A stretch of 64,000 nt of DNA. Origin: Auanema rhodensis (Eukaryota; Animalia; Nematoda). The DNA lies in NCBI GenBank assembly GCA_964057225.1, contig OZ059894.1, forward strand, positions 19,840,001-19,904,000. Reading direction: 5' to 3'. The translations under genes were made by a program, and so were the position numbers. The notes under the pieces are model-generated. The model searched no databases, had not been told where the DNA came from, and saw nothing but the letters and a program-made list of their open reading frames with translations. This document shows, in pieces, positions 1 to 9,100 of the stretch. The stretch's first letter is position 1; each line of letters starts with the position of its first letter.

Positions 1-50
1 TGGACAATGTTATTCAACGAAAAAATTAATTCTTCAGGGTGAAAATCGAG

Positions 51-72
51 GATATAAGTGTGAACTTATATC
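51..72. repeat. Perfect 9-bp inverted repeat with 4-nt loop (GATATAAGT-GTGA-ACTTATATC), present in nearly every monomer
   Basis: 51-59 is the exact reverse complement of 64-72. Confidence 0.95.
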
Positions 73-223
73 AGTTGATATCTCTCTGCATTTTTAAGCT
101 AGCGCAAATCTGATAACACAGATCGACGCAGCTTAAAAATCCGCATCGAATGCACTATACTACATTGAGAAACGCTTAATACAAAAATTAGTTATGATCG
201 TTTGAAAAATGATGCATTAGTGT

Positions 224-251
224 ATGTTGAGTTTCCATGTACACTCAACAT
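224..251. repeat. Perfect 9-bp inverted repeat with 10-nt loop (ATGTTGAGT-N10-ACTCAACAT), present in nearly every monomer
   Basis: 224-232 is the exact reverse complement of 243-251. Confidence 0.95.
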
Positions 252-784
252 TGCTTCCAAAAACATTTTGACAAAAATTTTTTCGAAAAATTTCAGAATA
301 ATTTAGCAAAAAGTAGATGTTTTTAGATTCCCTTTTTCAAGGCAAAGACGATGGACAATGTTATTCAACGAAAAAATTAATTCTTCAGGGTGAAAATCGA
401 GGATATAAGTGTGAACTTATATCAGTTGATATCTCGGTGCATTTTTAAGCTAGCGCAAATCTGATAACACAGAACGACGCAGCTTAAAAATCCGCATCGA
501 ATGCACTATACTACATTGAAAAACGCTTAATACAAAAATTAGTTATGATCGTTTGAAAAATGATGCATTAGTGTATGTTGAGTTTCCATGTACACTCAAC
601 ATTGCTTCCAAAAACATTTTGACAAAAATTTTTTCGAAAAATTTCAAAATAATTTAGCAAAAAGTAGATGTTTTTAGATTCCATTTTTTAAGGCAAAGAC
701 GATGGACAATGTTATTCAACGGAAAAATTAATTCTTCAGGGTGAAAATCGAGGATATAAGTGTGAACTTATATCAGTTGATATC

Positions 785-851
785 TCGGTGCATTTTTAAG
801 CTAGCGCAAATCTGATAACACAGATCGACGCAGCTTAAAAATCCGCATCGA
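785..851. repeat. Long imperfect inverted repeat (monomer positions 83-149), shown in monomer 3
   Basis: Nested pairings: TCGGTGC/GCATCGA (one G.T), ATTTTTAAGCT/AGCTTAAAAAT (11 bp perfect), GCG/CGC and ATCTG/CAGAT, with loop ATAACA. Confidence 0.92.
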
Positions 852-960
852 ATGCACTATACTACATTGAGAAACGCTTAATACAAAAATTAGTTATGAT
901 CGTTTGAAAAATGATGCATTAGTGTATGTTGAGTTTCCATGTACACTCAACATTGCTTCC

Positions 961-1026
961 AAAAACATTTTGACAAAAATTTTTTCGAAAAATTTCAAAA
1001 TAATTTAGCAAAAAGTAGATGTTTTT
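961..1026. repeat. AT-rich dyad region (monomer positions 259-324) containing the palindrome TTTTTCGAAAAA
   Basis: 12-bp palindrome at monomer 279-290, plus ATTTTGA/TCAAAAT (265-271/293-299) and AAAAACAT/ATGTTTTT (259-266/317-324). Confidence 0.85.
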
Positions 1027-4000
1027 AGATTCCTTTTTTCAAGGCAAAGACGATGGACAATGTTATTCAACGAAAAAATTAATTCTTCAGGGTGAAAATC
1101 GAGGATATAAGTGTGAACTTATATCAGTTGATATCTCGGTGCATTTTTAAGCTAGCGCAAATCTGATAACACAGAACGACGCAGCTTAAAAATCCGCATC
1201 GAATGCACTATACTACATTGAAAAACGCTTAATACAAAAATTAGTTATGATCGTTTGAAAAATGATGCATTAGTGTATGTTGAGTTTCCATGTACACTCA
1301 ACATTGCTTCCAAAAACATTTTGACAAAAAGTTTTTCGAAAAATTTCAAAATAATTTAGCAAAAAGTAGATGTTTTTAGATTCCTTTTTTCAAGGCAAAG
1401 ACGATGGACAATGTTATTCAACGAAAAAATTAATTCTTCAGGGTGAAAATCGAGGATATAAGTGTGAACTTATATCAGTTGATATCTCGGTGCATTTTTA
1501 AGCTAGCGCAAATCTGATAACACAGATCGACGCAGCTTAAAAATCCGCATCGAATGCACTATACTACATTGAGAAACGCTTAATACAAAAATTAGTTATG
1601 ATCGTTTGAAAAATGATGCATTAGTGTATGTTGAGTTTCCATGTACACTCAACATTGCTTCCAAAAACATTTTGACAAAAATTTTTTCGAGAAATTTCAA
1701 AATAATTTAGCAAAAAGTAGATGTTTTTAGATTCCTTTTTTCAAGGCAAAGACGATGGACAATGTTATTCAACGAAAAAATTAATTCTTCAGGGTGAAAA
1801 TCGAGGATATAAGTGTGAACTTATATCAGTTGATATCTCTCTGCATTTTTAAGCTAGCGCAAATCTGATAACACAGATCGACGCAGCTTAAAAATCCGCA
1901 TCGAATGCACTATACTACATTGAGAAACGCTTGATACAAAAATTAGTTATGATCGTTTGAAAAATGATGCATTAGTGTATGTTGAGTTTCCATGTACACT
2001 CAACATTGCTTCCAAAAACATTTTGACAAAAATTTTTTCGAAAAATTTCAGAATAATTTAGCAAAAAGTAGATGTTTTTAGATTCCCTTTTTCAAGGCAA
2101 AGACGATGGACAATGTTATTCAACGAAAAAATTAATTCTTCAGGGTGAAAATCGAGGATATAAGTGTGAACTTATATCAGTTGATATCTCGGTGCATTTT
2201 TAAGCTAGCGCAAATCTGATAACACAGATCGACGCAGCTTAAAAATCCGCATCGAATGCACTATACTACATTGAAAAACGCTTAATACAAAAATTAGTTA
2301 TGATCGTTTGAAAAATGATGCATTAGTGTATGTTGAGTTTCCATGTACATTCAACATTGCTTCCAAAAACATTTTGACAAAAATTTTTTCGAAAAATTTC
2401 AAAATAATTTAGCAAAAAGTAGATGTTTTTAGATTCCTTTTTTCAAGGCAAAGACGATGGACAATGTTATTCAACGAAAAAATTAATTCTTCAGGGTGAA
2501 AATCGAGGATATAAGTGTGAACTTATATCAGTTGATATCTCGGTGCATTTTTAAGCTAGCGCAAATCTGATAACACAGAACGACGCAGCTTAAAAATTCG
2601 CATCGAATGCACTATACTACATTGAGAAACGCTCAATACAAAAATTAGTTATGATCGTTTGAAAAATGATGCATTAGTGTATGTTGAGTTTCCATGTACA
2701 CTCAACATTGCTTCCAAAAACATTTTGACAAAAATTTTTTCGAAAAATTTCAGAATAATTTAGCAAAAAGTAAATGTTTTTAGATTCCATTTTTCAAGGC
2801 AAAGACGATGGACAATGTTATTCAACGAAAAAATTAATTCTTCAGGGTGAAAATCGAGGATATAAGTGTGAACTTATATCAGTTGATATCTCTCTGCATT
2901 TTTAAGCTAGCGCAAATCTGATAACACAGATCGACGCAGCTTAAAAATCCGCATCGAATGCACTATACTACATTGAGAAACGCTTAATACAAAAATTAGT
3001 TATGATCGTTTGAAAAATGATGCATTAGTGTATGTTGAGTTTCCATGTACACTCAACATTGCTTCCAAAAACATTTTGACAAAAATTTTTTCGAAAAATT
3101 TCAGGATAATTTAGCAAAAAGTAGATGTTTTTAGATTCCCTTTTTCAAGGCAAAGACGATGGACAATGTTATTCAACGAAAAAATTAATTCTTCAGGGTG
3201 AAAATCGAGGATATAAGTGTGAACTTATATCAGTTGATATCTCGGTGCATTTTTAAGCTAGCGCAAATCTGATAACACAGATCGACGCAGCTTAAAAATC
3301 CGCATCGAATGCACTATACTACATTGAGAAACGCTTAATACAAAAATTAGTTATGATCGTTTGAAAAATGATGCATTAGTGTATGTTGAGTTTCCATGTA
3401 CATTCAACATTGCTTCCAAAAACATTTTGACAAAAATTTTTTCGAAAAATTTCAAAATAATTTAGCAAAAAGTAGATGTTTTTAGATTCCTTTTTTCAAG
3501 GCAAAGACGATGGACAATGTTATTCAACGAAAAAATTAATTCTTCAGGGTGAAAATCGAGGATATAAGTGTGAACTTATATCAGTTGATATCTCGGTGCA
3601 TTTTTAAGCTAGCGCAAATCTGATAACACAGAACGACGCAGCTTAAAAATTCGCATCGAATGCACTATACTACATTGAGAAACGCTTAATACAAAAATTA
3701 GTTATGATCGTTTGAAAAATGATGCATTAGTGTATGTTGAGTTTCCATGTACACTCAACATTGCTTCCAAAAACATTTTGACAAAAAGTTTTTCGAAAAA
3801 TTTCGAAATAATTTAGCAAAAAGTAGATGTTTTTAGATTCCATTTTTCAAGGCAAAGACGATGGACAATGTTATTCAACGAAAAAATCAATTCTTCAGGG
3901 TGAAAATCGAGGATATAAGTGTGAACTTATATCAGTTGATATCTCGGTGCATTTTTAAGCTAGCGCAAATCTGATAACACAGAACGACGCAGCTTAAAAA

Positions 4001-7000
4001 TCCGCATCGAATGCACTATACTACATTGAGAAACGCTTAATACAAAAATTAGTTATGATCGTTTGAAAAATGATGCATTAGTGTATGTTGAGTTTCCATG
4101 TACACTCAACATTGCTTCCAAAAACATTTTGACAAAAATTTTTTCGAGAAATTTCAAAATAATTTAGCAAAAAGTAGATGTTTTTAGATTCCTTTTTTCA
4201 AGGCAAAGACGATGGACAATGTTATTCAACGAAAAAATTAATTCTTCAGGGTGAAAATCGAGGATATAAGTGTGAACTTATATCAGTTGATATCTCGGTG
4301 CATTTTTAAGCTAGCGCAAATCTGATAACACAGATCGACGCAGCTTGAGAATCCGCATCGAATGCACTATACTACATTGAGAAACGCTTAATACAAAAAT
4401 TAGTTATGCTCGTTTGAAAAATGATGCATTAGTGTATGTTGAGTTTCCATGTACACTCAACATTGCTTCCAAAAACATTTTGACAAAAATTTTTTCGAAA
4501 AATTTCAAAATAATTTAGCAAAAAGTAGATGTTTTTAGATTCCTTTTTTCAAGGCAAAGACGATGGACAATGTTATTCAACGAAAAAATTAATTCTTCAG
4601 GGTGAAAATCGAGGATATAAGTGTGAACTTATATCAGTTGATATCTCGGTGCATTTTTAAGCTAGCGCAAATCTGATAACACAGAACGACGCAGCTTAAA
4701 AATCCGCATCGAATGCACTATACTACATTGAAAAACGCTTAATACAAAAATTAGTTATGATCGTTTGAAAAATGATGCATTAGTGTATGTTGAGTTTCCA
4801 TGTACACTCAACATTGCTTCCAAAAACATTTTGACAAAAAGTTTTTCGAAAAATTTCAAAATAATTTAGCAAAAAGTAGATGTTTTTAGATTCCTTTTTT
4901 CAAGGCAAAGACGATGGACAATGTTATTCAACGAAAAAATTAATTCTTCAGGGTGAAAATCGAGGATATAAGTGTGAACTTATATCAGTTGATATCTCGG
5001 TGCATTTTTAAGCTAGCGCAAATCTGATAACACAGATCGACGCAGCTTAAAAATCCGCATCGAATGCACTATACTACATTGAGAAACGCTTAATACAAAA
5101 ATTAGTTATGATCGTTTGAAAAATGATGCATTAGTGTATGTTGAGTTTCCATGTACACTCAACATTGCTTCCAAAAACATTTTGACAAAAATTTTTTCGA
5201 GAAATTTCAAAATAATTTAGCAAAAAGTAGATGTTTTTAGATTCCTTTTTTCAAGGCAAAGACGATGGACAATGTTATTCAACGAAAAAATTAATTCTTC
5301 AGGGTGAAAATCGAGGATATAAGTGTGAACTTATATCAGTTGATATCTCGGTGCATTTTTAAGCTAGCGCAAATCTGATAACACAGATCGACGCAGCTTA
5401 AAAATCCGCATCGAATGCACTATACTACATTGAGAAACGCTTAATACAAAAATTAGTTATGATCGTTTGAAAAATGATGCATTAGTGTATGTTGAGTTTC
5501 CATGTACACTCAACATTGCTTCCAAAAACATTTTGACAAAAATTTTTTCGAAAAATTTCAGAATAATTTAGCAAAAAGTAGATGTTTTTAGATTCCATTT
5601 TTCAAGGCAAAGACGATGGACAATGTTATTCAACGAAAAAATTAATTCTTCAGGGTGAAAATCGAGGATATAAGTGTGAACTTATATCAGTTGATATCTC
5701 GGTGCATTTTTAAGCTAGCGCAAATCTGATAACACAGATCGACGCAGCTTAAAAATCCGCATCGAATGCACTATACTACATTGAGAAACGCTTAATACAA
5801 AAATTAGTTATGATCGTTTGAAAAATGATGCATTAGTGTATGTTGAGTTTCCATGTACACTCAACATTGCTTCCAAAAACATTTTGACAAAAATTTTTTC
5901 GAAAAATTTCAAAATAATTTAGCAAAAAGTAGATGTTTTTAGATTCCTTTTTTCAAGGCAAAGACGATGGACAATGTTATTCAACGAAAAAATTAATTCT
6001 TCAGGGTGAAAATCGAGGATATAAGTGTGAACTTATATCAGTTGATATCTCGGTGCATTTTTAAGCTAGCGCAAATCTGATAACACAGAACGACGCAGCT
6101 TAAAAATTCGCATCGAATGCACTATACTACATTGAGAAACGCTTAATACAAAAATTAGTTATGATCGTTTGAAAAATGATGCATTAGTGTATGTTGAGTT
6201 TCCATGTACACTCAACATTGCTTCCAAAAACATTTTGACAAAAATTTTTTCGAAAAATTTCAGAATAATTTAGCAAAAAGTAGATGTTTTTAGATTCCAT
6301 TTTTCAAGGCAAAGACGATGGACAATGTTATTCAACGAAAAAATTAATTCTTCAGGGTGAAAATCGAGGATATAAGTGTGAACTTATATCAGTTGATATC
6401 TCGGTGCATTTTTAAGCTAGCGCAAATCTGATAACACAGATCGACGCAGCTTAAAAATCCGCATCGAATGCACTATACTACATTGAGAAACGCTTAATAC
6501 AAAAATTAGTTATGATCGTTTGAAAAATGATGCATTAGTGTATGTTGAGTTTCCATGTACACTCAACATTGCTTCCAAAAACATTTTGACAAAAAGTTTT
6601 TCGAAAAATTTCGAAATAATTTAGCAAAAAGTAGATGTTTTTAGATTCCATTTTTCAAGGCAAAGACGATGGAGAATGTTATTCAACGAAAAAATCAATT
6701 CTTCAGGGTGAAAATCGAGGATATAAGTGTGAACTTATATCAGTTGATATCTCGGTGCATTTTTAAGCTAGCGCAAATCTGATAACACAGATCGACGCAG
6801 CTTAAAAATCCGCATCGAATGCACTATACTACATTGAGAAACGCTTAATACAAAAATTAGTTATGATCGTTTGAAAAATGATGCATTAGTGTATGTTGAG
6901 TTTCCATGTACACTCAACATTGCTTCCAAAAACATTTTGACAAAAATTTTTTCGAAAAATTTCAGAATAATTTAGCAAAAAGTAGATGTTTTTAGATTCC

Positions 7001-7699
7001 ATTTTTCAAGGCAAAGACGATGGACAATGTTATTCAACGAAAAAATTAATTCTTCAGGGTGAAAATCGAGGATATAAGTGTGAACTTATATCAGTTGATA
7101 TCTCGGTGCATTTTTAAGCTAGCGCAAATCTGATAACACAGATCGACGCAGCTTAAAAATCCGCATCGAATGCACTATACTACATTGAGAAACGCTTAAT
7201 ACAAAAATTAGTTATGATCGTTTGAAAAATGATGCGTTAGTGTATGTTGAGTTTCCATGTACACTCAACATTGCTTCCAAAAACATTTTGACAAAAATTT
7301 TTTCGAAAAATTTCAAAATAATTTAGCAAAAAGTAGATGTTTTTAGATTCCATTTTTTAAGGCAAAGACGATGGACAATGTTATTCAACGGAAAAAATAA
7401 TTCTTCAGAGTGAAAATCGAGGATATAAGTGTGAACTTATATCAGTTGATATCTCGGTGCATTTTTAAGCTAGCGCAAATCTGATAACACAGAACGACGC
7501 AGCTTAAAAATCCGCATCGAATGCACTATACTACATTGAGAAACGCTTAATACAAAAATTAGTTATGATGGTTTGAAAAATGATGCATTAGTGTATGTTG
7601 AGTTTCCATGTACACTCAACATTGCTTCCAAAAACATTTTGACAAAACTTTTTTCGAGAAATTTCAAAATAATTTAGCAAAAAGTAGATGTTTTTAGAT

Positions 7700-9100
7700 T
7701 CCTTTTTTCAAGGCAAAGACGATGGACAATGTTATTCAACGAAAAAATTAATTCTTCAGGGTGAAAATCGAGGATATAAGTGTGAACTTATATCAGTTGA
7801 TATCTCGGTGCATTTTTAAGCTAGCGCAAATCTGATAACACAGATCGACGCAGCTTAAAAATCCGCATCGAATGCACTATACTACATTGAGAAACGCTTA
7901 ATACAAAAATTAGTTATGATCGTTTGAAAAATGATGCATTAGTGTATGTTGAGTTTCCATGTACACTCAACATTGCTTCCAAAAACATTTTGACAAAAAG
8001 TTTTTCGAAAAATTTCAAAATAATTTAGCAAAAAGTAGATGTTTTTAGATTCCTTTTTTTAAGGCAAAGACGATGGACAATGTTATTCAACGAAAAAATT
8101 AATTCTTCAGGGTGAAAATCGAGGATATAAGTGTGAACTTATATCAGTTGATATCTCGGTGCATTTTTAAGCTAGCGCAAATCTGATAACACAGATCGAC
8201 GCAGCTTAAAAATCCGCATCGAATGCACTATACTACATTGAGAAACGCTTAATACAAAAATTAGTTATGATCGTTTGAAAAATGATGCATTAGTGTATGT
8301 TGAGTTTCCATGTACACTCAACATTGCTTCCAAAAACATTTTGACAAAAATTTTTTCGAGAAATTTCAAAATAATTTAGCAAAAAGTAGATGTTTTTAGA
8401 TTCCTTTTTTCAAGGCAAAGACGATGGACAATGTTATTCAACGAAAAAATTAATTCTTCAGGGTGAAAATCGAGGATATAAGTGTGAACTTATATCAGTT
8501 GATATCTCGGTGCATTTTTAAGCTAGCGCAAATCTGATAACACAGATCGACGCAGCTTAAAAATCCGCATCGAATGCACTATACTACATTGAGAAACGCT
8601 TAATACAAAAATTAGTTATGATCGTTTGAAAAATGATGCATTAGTGTATGTTGAGTTTCCATGTACACTCAACATTGCTTCCAAAAACATTTTGACAAAA
8701 AGTTTTTCGAAAAATTTCAAAATAATTTAGCAAAAAGTAGATGTTTTTAGATTCCTTTTTTTAAGGCAAAGACGATGGACAATGTTATTCAACGAAAAAA
8801 TTAATTCTTCAGGGTGAAAATCGAGGATATAAGTGTGAACTTATATCAGTTGATATCTCGGTGCATTTTTAAGCTAGCGCAAATCTGATAACACAGATCG
8901 ACGCAGCTTAAAAATCCGCATCGAATGCACTATACTACATTGAGAAACGCTTAATACAAAAATTAGTTATGATCGTTTGAAAAATGATGCATTAGTGTAT
9001 GTTGAGTTTCCATGTACACTCAACATTGCTTCCAAAAACATTTTGACAAAAATTTTTTCGAGAAATTTCAAAATAATTTAGCAAAAAGTAGATGTTTTTA
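7700..9100 (+). repeat. Local 2-monomer (702 bp) tandem duplication
   Basis: The CCTTTTTTTAAGG variant occurs at 8060 and 8762, and the 287G allele at 7658, 8360 and 9062. Boundaries are approximate. Confidence 0.75.

Larger units (their letters stand above)
1..351 (+). repeat. Representative monomer (about 31% GC, many A/T tracts of 4-6 nt, 12 CpGs in consensus)
   Basis: Direct reading; hand count gives about 110 G+C in 351 nt. Frequent polymorphic positions: 123 T/A, 141 C/T, 169 G/A, 278 T/G, 287 A/G, 296 A/G, 332 T/A. Confidence 0.97.

Noticed and set aside
51-102. Helitron 3' end (hairpin followed by CTAG at 99-102)
   Set aside because: The hairpin is AT-rich and about 27 nt from CTAG, and the CTAG overlaps an arm of another dyad. 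No other element features are present.
31-116. Hammerhead ribozyme core (CTGAAGA on the - strand at 31-37; CTGATAA on the + strand at 110-116)
   Set aside because: No stem II closes onto a downstream GAAA, and there is no stem I/III arrangement with an NUH site. The + strand motif also fails CUGANGA. A cmscan run would settle it.
281-297. CENP-B box-like motif (TTCG....A)
   Set aside because: It lacks the required CGGG half of the box.
287-297. A>G variants as ADAR-editing or G.U-selection signature
   Set aside because: C>T, G>A and T>C transitions are also common in the array, so no clear strand-specific excess is evident by eye.
259-337. Helically phased A-tracts causing strong curvature
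   Set aside because: Tract starts (259, 273, 286, 295, 308, 320, 333) are spaced 9-14 bp with mixed A/T orientation, not a clean 10.5-bp phase. Curvature modelling would be needed.
1-351. Repetitive protein-coding sequence (351 = 117 codons)
   Set aside because: All six frames contain stops within each monomer (+ strand: TGA 40, TAA 95, TAA 27; - strand: TTA 10, TCA 14, TTA 66 as read on +). The ATG at 351 gives only 9 codons.
1-351. 5S rRNA, tRNA, snRNA or SL-RNA tandem gene unit
   Set aside because: No recognisable conserved sequence, cloverleaf, A/B/C boxes or leader sequence on either strand.
1-351. Assignment to a named ~350-360-bp satellite (Drosophila 1.688 family, tenebrionid beetle satellites)
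   Set aside because: Only length and AT content are similar. I recognise no diagnostic sequence, so a database search is needed.
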